Shown piece after piece: positions 35,946 to 51,846 of a stretch of DNA of 64,000 nt. Within the stretch, counting starts at the first letter, position 1; each line of letters starts with the position of its first letter. The translations under genes were made by a program, and so were the position numbers. The DNA lies in assembly GCF_964204645.1 (NCBI RefSeq), contig NC_134035.1, positions 6,510,001-6,574,000 of the forward strand, given 5' to 3'. Below the pieces are notes generated by a model. It was given only the letters and a program-made list of their open reading frames with translations, made no database searches and was not told the origin of the DNA. Origin of the DNA: Tubulanus polymorphus. Lineage: Eukaryota > Animalia > Nemertea.

Positions 35946-38900
35946 GCCTGGACAATTCACCATTTTGGTTTTGTCGCCCGCGACAATTCATTATTTTGGT
36001 TTTGTCGCCCGCGACAATTCATTATTTTGGTTTTGTCGCCCGAGACAATTCATTATTTTAGGTTTATCGCCCGTGACAATTCATTATTTTGGTTTTGTCG
36101 CCCGCGACAATTCATTATTTTGGTTTTGTCGCCCGAGACAATTCATTATTTTAGGTTTATCGCCCGTGACAATTCATTATTTTGGTTTTATCGCCGGCGA
36201 CAATTCATTATTTTGGTTTTGTCGCCTGGACAATTCACCATTTTGGTTTTGTCGCCCGCGACAATTCAATATTTTGGTTTTGTCGCCCGCGACAATTCAA
36301 TATTTTGGTTTTGTCGCCCGCGACAATTCATTATTTTTAGTTTTATCGCCCGCGACAATTCATTATTTTGGTTTTGTCGCGCCGACAATTCTTTTTTTGG
36401 TTTTGTCGCCCGCGACAATTCATTAGTTTGGTTTTGTCACCCGCGATAATGCATTATTTTGGTTTTATCGCCCGTAACAATTCTTTATTTTGGTTTTGTC
36501 GCCCGAGACAATTCATTAGTTTGGTTTTGTCGCCCGCGACAATTCATTATTTTGGTTTTGTCGCGCGAGACAATTCATTATTTTAGTTTTATCGCCCGTG
36601 ACAATTCATTATTTTGGTTTTATCGCCGGCGACAATTCATTATTTTGGTTTTGTCGCTCGGACAATTCACCATTTTGGTTTTGTCGCCCGCGACAATTCA
36701 TTATTTTGGTTTTGTCGCACCGACAATTCTTTTTTTGGTTTTGTCGCCCGCGACAATTCATTAGTTTGGTTTTGTCACCCGCGATAATTCATTATTTGGT
36801 TTTATCGCCCGTGACAATTCTTTATTTTGGTTTTGTCGCCCGAGACAATTCATTATTTTGGTTTTATCGCCGGCGACAATTCATTATTTTGGTTTTGTCG
36901 CCTGGACAATTCACCATTTTGGTTTTGTCGCCCGCGACAATTCATTATTTTGGTTTTGTCGCCCCGACAATTCTTTTTTTGGTTTTGTCGCCCGCGACAA
37001 TTCATTAGTTTGGTTTTGTCGCCCGCGACATTCAATATTTTGGTTTTATCGCCCACGACAATTCATTACTTTGGTTTTATCTCCAGCGACAATTCATTAT
37101 TTTAGTTTTATCGCCCGTGACAATTCATTATTTTGGTTTTATCGCCGGCGACAATTCATTATTTTGGTTTTGTCGCCTGGACAATTCACCATTTTGGTTT
37201 TGTCGCCCGCGACAATTCATTATTTTGGTTTTGTCGCCCCGACAATTCTTTTTTTGGTTTTGTCGCCCGCGACAATTCATTAGTTTGGTTTTGTCGCCCG
37301 CGACAATCAATATTTTGGTTTTATCGCACACGACAATTCATTACTTTGGTTTTATCTCCAGCGACAATTCATTATTTTGGTTTTGTCGCCCACGACAATT
37401 CTTTTTTTTTGGTTTTGTCGCCCGCGACGGTTCATTATTTTTGTTGTATCGCCCGCGACAATTCATTATTACGGTTTTATCGCCCGCGACAATTCATTAT
37501 TTTGGTTTTATCACCCGCGACAATTCAATATTTTGGTTTTGTCGCCCGCGACTATTCAATATTTTGGTTTTGTCGCCCGCGACAATTCATTATTTTCAGT
37601 TTTATCGCCTTCGACAATTCATTATTTTGGTTTTGTCGCGCCGACAATTCTTTTTTTGGTTTTGTCGCCCGCGACAATTCAAGATTTTGGTTTTGTCGCC
37701 CGTGACAATTCATTATTTTGGTTTTATCGCCGGCGATAATTCATTATTTTGGTTTTGTCGCCTGGACAATTCACCATTTTGGTTTTGTCGCCCGCGACAA
37801 TTCATTATTTTGGTTATGTCGCCCCGACAATTCTTTTTTTGGTTTTGTCGCCCGCGACAATTCATTAGTTTGGTTTTGTCGCCCGCGACAATCAATATTT
37901 TGGTTTTATCGCCCACGACAATTCATTACTTTGGTTTTATCTCCAGCGACAATTCATTATTTTGGTTTTGTCGCCCACGACAATTCTTTATTTTGGTTTT
38001 GTCGCCCGAGACAATTCATTATTTTGGTTTTATCGCCGGCGACAATTCATTATTTTGGTTTTGTCGCCTGGACAATTCACCATTTTGGTTTTGTCGCCCG
38101 CGACAATTCATTATTTTGGTTTTGTCGCCCCGACAATTCTTTTTTTGGTTTTGTCGCCCGCGACAATTCATTAGTTTGGTTTTGTCGCCCGCGACATTCA
38201 ATATTTTGGTTTTATCGCCCACGACAATTCATTACTTTGGTTTTATCTCCAGCGACAATTCATTATTTTAGTTCTATCGCCCGTGACAATTCATTATTTT
38301 GGTTTTATCGCCGGCGACAATTCATTATTTTGGTTTTGTCGCCTGGACAATTCACCATTTTGGTTTTGTCGCCCGCGACAATTCATTATTTTGGTTTTGT
38401 CGCCCCGACAATTCTTTTTTTGGTTTTGTCGCCCGCGACAATTCATTAGTTTGGTTTTGTCGCCCGCGACAATCAATATTTTGGTTTTATCGCCCACGAC
38501 AATTCATTACTTTGGTTTTATCTCCAGCGACAATTCATTATTTTGGTTTTGTCGCCCACGACAATTCTTTTTTTTTGGTTTTGTCGCCCGCGACAATTCA
38601 TTATTTTGGTTTTATCGCCCGCGATAATTCATTATTTTGGTTTTGTCGCCTGAGAAAATTCATTATTTTTGTTGTATCGCCCGCGACAATTCATTATTAC
38701 GGTTTTATCGCCCGCGACAATTCATTATTTTGGTTTTATCACCCGCGACAATTCAATATTTTGGTTTTGTCGCCCGCGACTATTCAATATTTTGGTTTTG
38801 TCGCCCGCGACAATTCATTATTTTCAGTTTTATCGCCTTCGACAATTCATTATTTTGGTTTTGTCGCGCCGACAATTCTTTTTTTGGTTTCGTCGCCCGC

Positions 38901-41900
38901 GACAATTCAAGATTTTGGTTTTGTCGCCCGTGACAATTCATTATTTTGGTTTTATCGCCGGCGATATTTCATTATTTTGGTTTTGTCGCCTGGACAATTC
39001 ACCATTTTGGTTTTGTCGCCCGCGACAATTCATTATTTTGGTTATGTCGCCCCGACAATTCTGTTTTTGGTTTTGTCGCCCGCGACAATTCATTAGTTTG
39101 GTTTTGTCGCCCGCGACAATCAATATTTTGGTTTTATCGCCCACGACAATTCATTACTTTGGTTTTATCTCCAGCGACAATTCATTATTTTGGTTTTGTC
39201 GCCCACGACAATTCATTAATTTGGTTTTGTCGCCCGCGACAATCAATATTTTGGTTTTATCGCACACGACAATTCATTACTTTGGTTTTATCTCCAACGA
39301 CAATTCATTAATTTGTTTTTGTCGCCTCGACAATTTTTTTTTTGGTTTTGTCGCCCGCGACAATTCATTAGTTTGGTTTTGTCGCCCGCGACAATTCAAT
39401 ATTTTGGTTTTGTCGCCCGCGACAATTCAATATTTTGGTTTTATCGCCCGCGACAATTCAATATTTTGGTTTTATCGCCCGCGACAATTCAATATTTTGG
39501 TTTTATCGCCCACGACAATTCATTACTTTGGTTTTATCTCCAGCGACAATTCATTATTTTGGTTTTGTCGCCCACGACAATTCTTTATTTTGGTTTTGTC
39601 GCCCGAGACAATTCATTATTTTGGTTTTATCGCCGGCGACAATTCATTATTTTGGTTTTGTCGCCTGGACAATTCACCATTTTGGTTTTGTCGCCCGCGA
39701 CAATTCATTATTTTGGTTTTGTCGCCCCGACAATTCTTTTTTTGGTTTTGTCGCCCGCGACAATTCATTAGTTTGGTTTTGTCGCCCGCGACATTCAATA
39801 TTTTGGTTTTATCGCCCACGACAATTCATTACTTTGGTTTTATCTCCAGCGACAATTCATTATTTTAGTTCTATCGCCCGTGACAATTCATTATTTTGGT
39901 TTTATCGCCGGCGACAATTCATTATTTTGGTTTTGTCGCCCCGACAATTCTTTTTTTGGTTTTGTCGCCCGCGACAATTCATTAGTTTGGTTTTGTCGCC
40001 CGCGACAATCAATATTTTGGTTTTATCGCCCACGACAATTCATTACTTTGGTTTTATCTCCAGCGACAATTCATTATTTTGGTTTTGTCGCCCACGACAA
40101 TTCTTTTTTTTTGGTTTTGTCGCCCGCGACAATTCATTATCTTGGTTTTATCGCCCGCGATAATTCATTATTTTGGTTTTGTCGCCTGAGAAAATTCATT
40201 ATTTTTGTTGTATCGCCCGCGACAATTCATTATTACGGTTTTATCGCCCGCGACAATTCATTATTTTGGTTTTATCACCCGCGACAATTCAATATTTTGG
40301 TTTTGTCGCCCGCGACTATTCAATATTTTGGTTTTGTCGCCCGCGACAATTCATTATTTTCAGTTTTATCGCCTTCGACAATTCATTATTTTGGTTTTGT
40401 CGCGCCGACAATTCTTTTTTTGGTTTCGTCGCCCGCGACAATTCAAGATTTTGGTTTTGTCGCCCGTGACAATTCATTATTTTGGTTTTATCGCCGGCGA
40501 TATTTCATTATTTTGGTTTTGTCGCCTGGACAATTCACCATTTTGGTTTTGTCGCCCGCGACAATTCATTATTTTGGTTATGTCGCCCCGACAATTCTGT
40601 TTTTGGTTTTGTCGCCCGCGACAATTCATTAGTTTGGTTTTGTCGCCCGCGACAATCAATATTTTGGTTTTATCGCCCACGACAATTCATTACTTTGGTT
40701 TTATCTCCAGCGACAATTCATTATTTTGGTTTTGTCGCCCACGACAATTCATTAATTTGGTTTTGTCGCCCGCGACAATCAATATTTTGGTTTTATCGCA
40801 CACGACAATTCATTACTTTGGTTTTATCTCCAACGACAATTCATTAATTTGTTTTTGTCGCCTCGACAATTTTTTTTTTGGTTTTGTCGCCCGCGACAAT
40901 TCATTAGTTTGGTTTTGTCGCCCGCGACAATTCAATATTTTGGTTTTGTCGCCCGCGACAATTCAATATTTTGGTTTTATCGCCCGCGACAATTCAATAT
41001 TTTGGTTTTATCGCCCGCGACAATTCAATATTTTGGTTTTATTGCTCGCGACAATTCATTATTTTGGTTTTGTCGCCCGCGACAATTCATTAGTTTGGTT
41101 TTGTCGCCCGCGACATTCAATATTTTGGTTTTATCGCCCACGACAATTCATTACTTTGGTTTTATCTCCAGCGACAATTCATTATTTTAGTTCTATCGCC
41201 CGTGACAATTCATTATTTTGGTTTTATCGCCCGCGACAATTCAATATTTTGGTTTTATCGCTCGCGACAATTCATTATTTTGGTTTTGTCGCCCGCGACA
41301 ATTCATTAGTTTGGTTTTGTCGCCCGCGACATTCAATATTTTGGTTTTATCGCCCACGACAATTCATTACTTTGGTTTTATCTCCAGCGACAATTCATTA
41401 TTTTAGTTCTATCGCCCGTGACAATTCATTATTTTGGTTTTATCGCCGGCGACAATTCATTATTTTGGTTTTGTCGCCTGGACAATTCACCATTTTGGTT
41501 TTGTCGCCCGCGACAATTCATTATTTTGGTTTTGTCGCCCCGACAATTCTTTTTTTGGTTTTGTCGCCCGCGACAATTCATTAGTTTGGTTTTGTCGCCC
41601 GCGACAATCAATATTTTGGTTTTATCGCCCACAACAATTCATTACTTTGGTTTTATCTCCAGCGACAATTCATTATTTTGGTTTTGTCACCCACGACAAT
41701 TCATTAGTTTGGTTTTGTCGCCCGCGACAATCAATATTTTGGTTTTATCGCACACGACAATTCATTACTTTGGTTTTATCTCCAACGACAATTCATTAAT
41801 TTTGTTTTTGTCGCCTCGACAATTTTTTTTTTGGTTTTGTCGCCCGCGACAATTCATTAGTTTGGTTTTGTCGCCCGCGACAATTCATTATTTTGGTTTT

Positions 41901-44900
41901 GTCGCCCCGACAATTCTTTTTTTGGTTTTGTCGCCCGCGACAATTCATTAGTTTGGTTTTGTCGCCCGCGACAATCAATATTTTGGTTTTATCGCCCACA
42001 ACAATTCATTACTTTGGTTTTATCTCCAGCGACAATTCATTATTTTGGTTTTGTCGCCCACGACAATTCTTTTTTTTTGGTTTTGTCGCCCGCGACAATT
42101 CATTATTTTGGTTTTATCGCCCGCGATAATTCATTATTTTGGTTTTGTCGCCTGAGAAAATTCATTATTTTTGTTGTATCGCCCGCGACAATTCATTATT
42201 ACGGTTTTATCGCCCGCGACAATTCATTATTTTGGTTTTATCACCCGCGACAATTCAATATTTTGGTTTTGTCGCCCGCGACTATTCAATATTTTGGTTT
42301 TGTCGCCCGCGACAATTCATTATTTTCAGTTTTATCGCCTTCGACAATTCATTATTTTGGTTTTGTCGCGCCGACAATTCTTTTTTTGGTTTTGTCGCCC
42401 GCGACAATTCAAGATTTTGGTTTTGTCGCCCGTGACAATTCATTATTTTGGTTTTATCGCTGGCGATATTTCATTATTTTGGTTTTGTCGCCTGGACAAT
42501 TCACCATTTTGGTTTTGTCGCCCGCGACAATTCATTATTTTGGTTTTATCGCTGGCGATATTTCATTATTTTGGTTTTGTCGCCTGGACAATTCACCATT
42601 TTGGTTTTGTCGCCCGCGACAATTCATTATTTTGGTTATGTCGCCCCGACAATTCTGTTTTTGGTTTTGTTGCCCGCGACAATTCATTAGTTTGGTTTTG
42701 TCGCCCGCGACAATCAATATTTTGGTTTTATCGCCCACGACAATTCATTACTTTGGTTTTATCTCCAGCGACAATTCATTATTTTGGTTTTGTCGCCCAC
42801 GACAATTCATTAATTTGGTTTTGTCGCCCGCGATAATCAATATTTTGGTTTTATCGCACACGACAATTCATTACTTTGGTTTTATCTCCAACGACAATTC
42901 ATTAATTTGTTTTTGTCGCCTCGACAATTTTTTTTTTGGTTTTGTCGCCCGCGACAATTAATTAGTTTGGTTTTGTCGCCCGCGACAATTCAATATTTTG
43001 GTTTTGTCGCCCGCGACAATTCAATATTTTGGTTTTATCGCCCGCGACAATTCAATATTTTGGTTTTATCGCCCGCGACAATTCAATATTTTGGTTTTAT
43101 CGCTCGCGACAATTCATTATTTTGGTTTTGTCGCCCGCGACGATTCATTATTACGGTTTTGTCGCCCGCGACAATTCATTATTTTGGTTTTATCGCCCGC
43201 GACAATTCAATATTTTGGTTTTGTCGCCCGCGACTTTTCAATATTTTGGATTTGTCGCCCGCGACAATTCATTATTTTTAGTTTTATTGCCTTCGACAAT
43301 TCATTATTTTGGTTTTGTCGCGCCGACAATTCTTTTTTTGGTTTTGTCGCCCGCGACAATTCATTAGTTTGGTTTTGTCACCCGCGATAATTCATTATTT
43401 TGGTTTTATCTCCAGCGACAATTCATTAATTTGGTTTTGTCGCCTCGACAATTCTTTTTTTGGTTTTGTCGCCCGCGACGACAATTCATTAGTTTGGTTT
43501 TGTCGCCCGCGACATTTCAAGATTTTGGTTTTGTCGCCCGTGACAATTCATTATTTTGGTTTTATCGCCGGCGATAATTCATTATTTTTGTTTTGTCGCC
43601 TGGACAATTCACCATTTTGGTTTTGTCGCCCGCGACAATTCATTATTTTGGTTATGTCGCCCCGACAATTCTTTTTTTGGTTTTGTCGCCCGCGACAATT
43701 CATTAGTTTGGTTTTGTCGCCCGCGACAATCAATATTTTGGTTTTATCGCCCACGACAATTCATTACTTTGTTTTTATCTCCAGCGACAATTCATTATTT
43801 TGGTTTTGGCGCCCGCGACAATTCATTAGTTTGGTTTTGTCGCCCGCGACAATCAATATTTTGGTTTTATCGCCCACGTCAATTCATTACTTTGGTTTTA
43901 TCTCCACAGACAATTCATTAATTGGTTTTTGTCGCCTCGACAATTCTTTTTTTGGTTTTGTCGCCCGCGACAATTCATTAGTTTGGTTTTGTCGCACGCG
44001 ACAATTCATTATTACGGTTTTATCGCTCGCGACAATTCATTAGTTTGGTTTTGTCGCCCGCGACAATCAATACTTTGGTTTTATCGCCCACGACAATTCA
44101 TTACTTTGTTTTTATCTCCAGCGACAATTCATTATTTTGGTTTTGGCGCCCGCGACAATTCATTAGTTTGGTTTTGTCGCCCGCGACAATCAATATTTTG
44201 GTTTTATCGCCCACGTCAATTCATTACTTTGGTTTTATCTCCACAGACAATTCATTAATTTGTTTTTGTCGCCTCGACAATTCAATATTTTGGTTTTGTC
44301 GCCCGCGACAATTCAATATTTTGGTTTTATCGCCCGCGACAATTCATTATTACGGTTTTATCGCTCGCGACAATTCATTATTTTGGTTTTGTCGCCCGCG
44401 ACAATTCATTATTACGGTTTTGTCGCCCGCGACAATTCATTATTACGGTTTTGTCTCCCGGGACAATTCATTATTTTTAGTTTTATCGCCCGCAACAATT
44501 CATTATTTTGGTTTTGTCGCGCCGACAATTCTTTTTTTGGTTTTGTCGCCCGCGACAATTCATTAGTTTGGTTTTGTCACCCGCGATAATTCATTATTTT
44601 GGTTTTATCGCCCGCGACAATTCTTTATTTTGGTTTTGTCGCCCGCGACAATTCATTATTTTGGTTTTATCGCCCGCGACAATTCAATATTTTGTTTTTA
44701 TCGTCCGCGACAATTCATTATTTTGGTTTTGTCGCCCGAGACAATTCATTATTTTGGTTTTATCGTCCGCGACAATTCAATATTTTGGTTTTATCGCCCG
44801 CGACAATTCATTATTTTGGTTTTGTCGCGCCGACAATTCTTTTTTTGGTTTTGTCGCCCACGACAATTCATTAGTTTGGTTTTGTCGCCCGCGACAATCA

Positions 44901-47900
44901 ATATTTTGGTTTTATCGCCCACGACAATTCATTACTTTGGTTTTATCTCCAGCGACAATTCATTATTTTGGTTTTGTCGCCCACGACAATTCATTAATTT
45001 GGTTTTGTCGCCCGCGACAATCAATATTTTGGTTTTATCGCACACGACAATTCATTACTTTGGTTTTATCTCCAACGACAATTCATTAATTTGTTTTTGT
45101 CGCCTCGACAATTTTTTTTTTGGTTTTGTCGCCCGCGACAATTAATTAGTTTGGTTTTGTCGCCCGCGACAATTCAATATTTTGGTTTTGTCGCCCGCGA
45201 CAATTCAATATTTTGGTTTTATCGCCCGCGACAATTCAATATTTTGGTTTTATCGCCCGCGACAATTCAATATTTTGGTTTTATCGCTCGCGACAATTCA
45301 TTATTTTGGTATTGTCGCCCGCGACGATTCATTATTACGGTTTTGTCGCCCGCGACAATTCATTATTTTGGTTTTATCGCCCGCGACAATTCAATATTTT
45401 GGTTTTGTCGCCCGCGACTTTTCAATATTTTGGATTTGTCGCCCGCGACAATTCATTATTTTTAGTTTTATTGCCTTCGACAATTCATTATTTTGGTTTT
45501 GTCGCGCCGACAATTCTTTTTTTGGTTTTGTCGCCCGCGACAATTCATTAGTTTGGTTTTGTCACCCGCGATAATTCATTATTTTGGTTTTATCTCCAGC
45601 GACAATTCATTAATTTGGTTTTGTCGCCTCGACAATTCTTTTTTTGGTTTTGTCGCCCGCGACGACAATTCATTAGTTTGGTTTTGTCGCCCGCGACATT
45701 TCAAGATTTTGGTTTTGTCGCCCGTGACAATTCATTATTTTGGTTTTATCGCCGGCGATAATTCATTATTTTTGTTTTGTCGCCTGGACAATTCACCATT
45801 TTGGTTTTGTCGCCCGCGACAATTCATTATTTTGGTTATGTCGCCCCGACAATTCTTTTTTTGGTTTTATCGCTCGCGACAATTCATTAGTTTGGTTTTG
45901 TCGCCCGCGACAATCAATATTTTGGTTTTATCGCCCACGTCAATTCATTACTTTGGTTTTATCTCCACAGACAATTCATTAATTTGTTTTTGTCGCCTCG
46001 ACAATTCAATATTTTGGTTTTGTCGCCCGCGACAATTCAATATTTTGGTTTTATCGCCCGCGACAATTCATTATTACGGTTTTATCGCTCGCGACAATTC
46101 ATTATTTTGGTTTTGTCGCCCGCGACAATTCATTATTACGGTTTTGTCGCCCGCGACAATTCATTATTACGGTTTTGTCTCCCGGGACAATTCATTATTT
46201 TTAGTTTTATCGCCCGCAACAATTCATTATTTTGGTTTTGTCGCGCCGACAATTCTTTTTTTGGTTTTATCGCCCGCAACAATTCATTATTTTGGTTTTG
46301 TCGCGCCGACAATTCTTTTTTTGGTTTTGTCACCCGCGATAATTCATTATTTTGGTTTTATCGCCCGCGACAATTCTTTATTTTGGTTTTGTCGCCCGCG
46401 ACAATTCATTATTTTGGTTTTATCGCCCGCGACAATTCAATATTTTGTTTTTATCGTCCGCGACAATTCATTATTTTGGTTTTGTCGCCCGAGACAATTC
46501 ATTATTTTGGTTTTATCGTCCGCGACAATTCAATATTTTGGTTTTATCGCCCGCGACAATTCATTATTTTGGTTTTGTCGCGCCGACAATTCTTTTTTTG
46601 GTTTTGTCGCCCACGACAATTCATTAGTTTGGTTTTGTCACCCGCGATAATTCATTATTTTGGTTTTATCGCCCGCGACAATTCATTATTTTGGTTTTAT
46701 CGCCCGCGACAATTCATTATTTTGGTTTTGTCGCCTCGACAATTCATTATTTTTAGTTTTATCGCCCGCGAAAATTCATTATTTTGGTTTTGTCGCGCCG
46801 ACAATTCTTTTTTTGGTTTTGTCGCCCGCGACAATTCATTAGTTTGGTTTTGTCACCCGCGATAATTCATTGTTTTGGTTTTATCGCCCGCGACAATTCA
46901 TTATTTTGGTTATATCGCCCGCGACAATTCATTATTTTGGTTTTATCGCCCGCGACAATTCATTATTTTGGTTTTATCGCCCGCGACAATTCATTATTTT
47001 GGTTTTATCGCCCGCGACAATTCATTATTTTGGTTTTATCGCCCGCGACAATTCATTATTTTGGTTTTATCGCCCGCGACAATTCATTATTTTGGTTTTA
47101 TCGCCCGCGACAATTCATTATTTTGGTTTTGTCGCCTCGACAATTCATTATTTTTAGTTTTATCGCCCGCGAAAATTCATTATTTTGGTTTTGTCGCGCC
47201 GACAATTCTTTTTTTGGTTTTGTCGCCCGCGACAATTCATTAGTTTGGTTTTGTCACCCGCGATAATTCATTATTTTGGTTTTATCGCCCGTGACAATTC
47301 TTTATTTTGGTTTTGTCGCGACAATTCATTAGTCTGGTTTTGTCGCCCGCGACAATTCAATATTTTGGTTTTGTCGCCTGCGACAATTCATTACTTTGTT
47401 TTAACCCCAGCGACAATTCATTATTTTGCTTTTGTCGCCCACGACAATTCTTCTTTTTGGTTTTGTCGCCCGCGACAATTCATTATTTTGGTTTTATATT
47501 TTGTTTTAGTCGCCCACGACAATTTTTTTTTTGGTTTTGTTGCCCACGACAATTCAATATTTTGGTTTTATCGCCCGCGATAATTCATTATTTTGGTTTT
47601 TTCGCCCGCGACAATTCATTATTTTGGTTTTGTCGCCCAAGACAATTCATCATTTTGGTTTTATCGCCCGCGACAATTCATTATTTTGGTTTTGTCGCCC
47701 GCGACAATTCACATTTTGGTTTTGTCGCCTGGAAAATTCACCATTTTGGTTTTGTCACCCGCGACAATTCATTATTTTGGTTTTGTTGCCCCCACAATTC
47801 TTTTTTTGGTTTTGTCGCCCGCGTCAATTCATTAGTTTGGTTTTATCGCCCGCGACAATTCATCATTTTGGTTTTATCGCCCGCGACAATTCATTATTTT

Positions 47901-50900
47901 GGTTTTTCGCCTGCGACAATTCACCATTTTGGTTTTATCGCCTGGACAATTCACCATTTTGGTTTTGTCGCCCGCGACAATTCATTATTTTGGTTTTGTC
48001 GCTCCCACAATTCTTTTTTAGGTTTTGTCGCCCGCGACAATTCAATATTTTGGTTTTGTCGCCCGCGACAATTCATTATTTTGGTTTAATCGCCCGCGAC
48101 AATTCATTATTTTTAGTTTTATCGCCCGCGATAATTCATTATTTTGGTTTTATCGCCCGCGACAATTCATTATTTTGGTTTTGTCGCCTCGACAATTCAT
48201 TATTTTTAGTTTTATCGCCCGCGATAATTCATTATTTTGGTTTTATCGCCCGCGACAATTCATTATTTTGGTTTTGTCACCCGCGACAATTCATTATTTT
48301 GGTTTTGTCGCGCGAGACAATTCATTATTTTAGTTTTATCGCCCGTGACAATTCATTATTTTGGTTTTATCACCGGCGACAATTCTTTATTTTGGTTTTG
48401 TCGCCTGGACAATTCACCATTTTGGTTTTGTCGCCCGAGACAATTCATTATTTTAGGTTTATCGCCCGTGACAATTCATTATTTTGGTTTTATCGCCGGA
48501 GACAATTCATTATTTTGGTTTTGTCGCCTGGACAATTCACCATTTTGGTTTTGTCGCCCGCGACAATTCATTATTTTGGTTTTGTCGCCCGCGACAATTC
48601 ATTATTTTGGTTTTGTCGCCCGAGACAATTCATTATTTTAGGTTTATCGCCTGTGACAATTCATTATTTTGATTTTATCGCCGGCGACAATTCATTATTT
48701 TGGTTTTGTCGCCTGGACAATTCACCATTTTGGTTTTGTCGCCCGCGACAATTCATTATTTTGGTTTTGTCGCGCCGACAATTCTTTTTTTGGTTTTGTC
48801 GCCCGCGACAATTCATTATTTTGGTTTTGTCACCCGCGATAATTCATTATTTTGGTTTTATCGCCCACGACAATTCATTACTTTGGTTTTATCTCCAACG
48901 ACAATTCATTAATTTGGTTTTGTCGCCCGCGACAATTCATTAGTTTGGTTTTGTCACCTGCGATAATTCATTATTTTGGTTTTGTCACCTGCGATAATTC
49001 ATTATTTTGGTTTTATCGCCCGCGACAATTCATTATTTCGGTTTTATCGCCCGTGACAATTCATTATTTTGGTTTTATCGCCGGCGACAATTCATTATTT
49101 TGGTTTTATCGCCGGCGACAATTCATTATTTTGGTTTTGTCGCCTGGACAATTCACCATTTTGGTTTTGTCGCCGGCGACAATTCATTATTTTGGTTTTG
49201 TCGCCCGCGACAATTCATTAGTTTGGTTTTGTCACCCGCGACAATTCATTATTTTGGTTTTGTCGCGCCGACAATTCTTTTTTTGGTTTTGTCGCCCGCG
49301 ACAATTCATTAGTTTGGTTTTGTCACCCGCGATAATTCATTATTTTGGTTTTATCGCCCACGACAATTCATTACTTTGGTTTTATCTCCAACGACGATTC
49401 ATTAATTTGGTTTTGTCGCCCGCGACAATTCATTAGTTTGGTTTTGTCACCCGCGATAATTCATTATTTTGGTTTTATCGCCCGCGACAATTCATTATTT
49501 TGGTTTTATCGCCCGTGACAATTCATTATTTTGGTTTGATCGCCGGCGACAATTCATTATTTAGGTTTTGTCGCCTGGACAATTCACCATTTTGGTTTTG
49601 TCGCCCGCGACAATTCATGATTTTGGTTTTTGTCGTCCGAGACAATTCATTATTTTAGGTTTATCGCCCGTGACAATTCATTATTTTGGTTTTATCGCCG
49701 GCGACAATTCATTATTTTGGTTTTGTCGCCTGGACAATTCACCATTTTGGTTTTGTCGCCCGCGACAATTCATTATTTTGGTTTTGTCGCGCCGACAATT
49801 CTTTTTTTGGTTTTGTCGCCCGCGACAATTCATTAGTTTGGTTTTGTCACCCGCGATAATTCATTATTTTGGTTTTATCGCCCACGACAATTCATTACTT
49901 TGGTTTTATCTCCAACGACAATTCATTAATTTGGTTTTGTCGCCCGCGACAATTCATTAGTTTGGTTTTGTCACCTGCGATAATTCATTATTTTGGTTTT
50001 GTCACCTGCGATAATTCATTATTTTGGTTTTATCGCCCGCGACAATTCATTATTTTGGTTTTATGGCCCGTGACAATTCATTATTTTGGTTTTATCGCCG
50101 GCGACAATTCATTATTTTGGTTTTGTCGCCTGGACAATTCACCATTTTGGTTTTGTCGCCGGCGACAATTCATTATTTTGGTTTTGTCGCACCGACAATT
50201 CTTTTTTTGGTTTTGTCGCCCGCGACAATTCATTAGTTTGGTTTTGTCACCCGCGACAATTCATTATTTTGGTTTTATCGCCCGCGACAATTCAATATTT
50301 TGTTTTTATCGTCCACGACAATTCATTATTTTGGTTTTGTCGCCCGAGACAATTCATTATTTTGGTTTTATCGCCCGCGATAATTCATTATTTTGGTTTT
50401 GTCGCCCGCGACAATTCATTATTACGGTTTTATCGCCCGCGACAATTCATTATTACGGTTTTGTCGCCCGCGACAATTCATTATTTTGGTTTTATCGCCC
50501 GTGACAATTCATTATTTTTAGTTTTATCGCCTTCGACAATTCATTATTTTGGTTTTGTCGCGCCGACAATTCTTTTTTTGGTTTTGTCGCCCGCGACAAT
50601 TCATTAGTTTGGTTTTGTTACCCGCGATAATTCATTATTTTGGTTTTATCGCCCACGACAATTCATTACTTTGGTTTTATCTCCAACGACGATTCATTAA
50701 TTTGGTTTTGTCGCCCGCGACAATTCATTAGTTTGGTTTTGTCACCTGCGATAATTCATTATTTTGGTTTTATCGCCCGCGACAATTCATTATTTTGGTT
50801 TTATCGCCCGTGACAATTCATTATTTTGGTTTGATCGCCGGCGACAATTCATTATTTTGGTTTTGTCGCCTGGACAATTCACCATTTTGGTTTTGTCGCC

Positions 50901-51026
50901 GGCGACAATTCATTATTTTGGTTTTGTCGCCCGCGACAATTCATTAGTTTGGTTTTATCGCCCACGACAATTCTTTACTTTGGTTTTATCTCCAGCGACA
51001 ATTCATTATTTTTGTTTTGTCGCCCG

Positions 51027-51520
51027 AAAAAAATTTTGAAGACGCTTTGATCAATTACCTTGATCTTTCGTTTATATTTGAATCAGGGCCCATCAGCATA
51101 ACAAAATTGGGTCGATCTGACTCAAGATGGCCGTCCTATGACCTTTTTAGTGCCCAAAAATGTCAATTTTGGCCAGAATTCTAGGTCCTGTAGCTTCCTA
51201 CTGGTTTGCCATTTCTCATTGCAATTGCTGATGGATATTCTTTAGAGAGGGATGTTTTATACCTGGGACAGGTATTTTTGATCAGCCAATTATGACGCAA
51301 TTGGCGGCCATCTTGGTGTCATCAGTACTCATTCGTAGGTGGGAAAAAGGATTAATTGATACCTAAGCATATTGTGTTGAATAATACAATAACATAGTAT
51401 CGCTATATTATATTTGTAGGAAGGCATATTTTGTTACCATGATCAATGGCAAAGTTGTAGTTCATGACATCGTCTATGATTGTGGTGAGTTTTGAAGGAC
51501 ATTAGTTATTCCATATAGTC
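51027..51520 (+). mobile_element. HINE family 2 short fragment, third copy
   Basis: Same junctions; about 15575 bp after the second copy; minor substitutions. Confidence 0.9.
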
Positions 51521-51846
51521 GCCTGGACAATTCACCATTTTGGTTTTGTCGCCCGCGACAATTCATTATTTTGGTTTTGTCGCCCGCGACAATTCATTAT
51601 TTTGGTTTTGTCGCCCGAGACAATTCATTATTTTAGGTTTATCGCCCGTGACAATTCATTATTTTGGTTTTGTCGCCCGCGACAATTCATTATTTTGGTT
51701 TTGTCGCCCGAGACAATTCATTATTTTAGGTTTATCGCCCGTGACAATTCATTATTTTGGTTTTGTCGCCCGCGACAATTCATTATTTTGGTTTTGTCGC
51801 GCGAGACAATTCATTATTTTAGTTTTATCGCCCGTGACAATTCATT

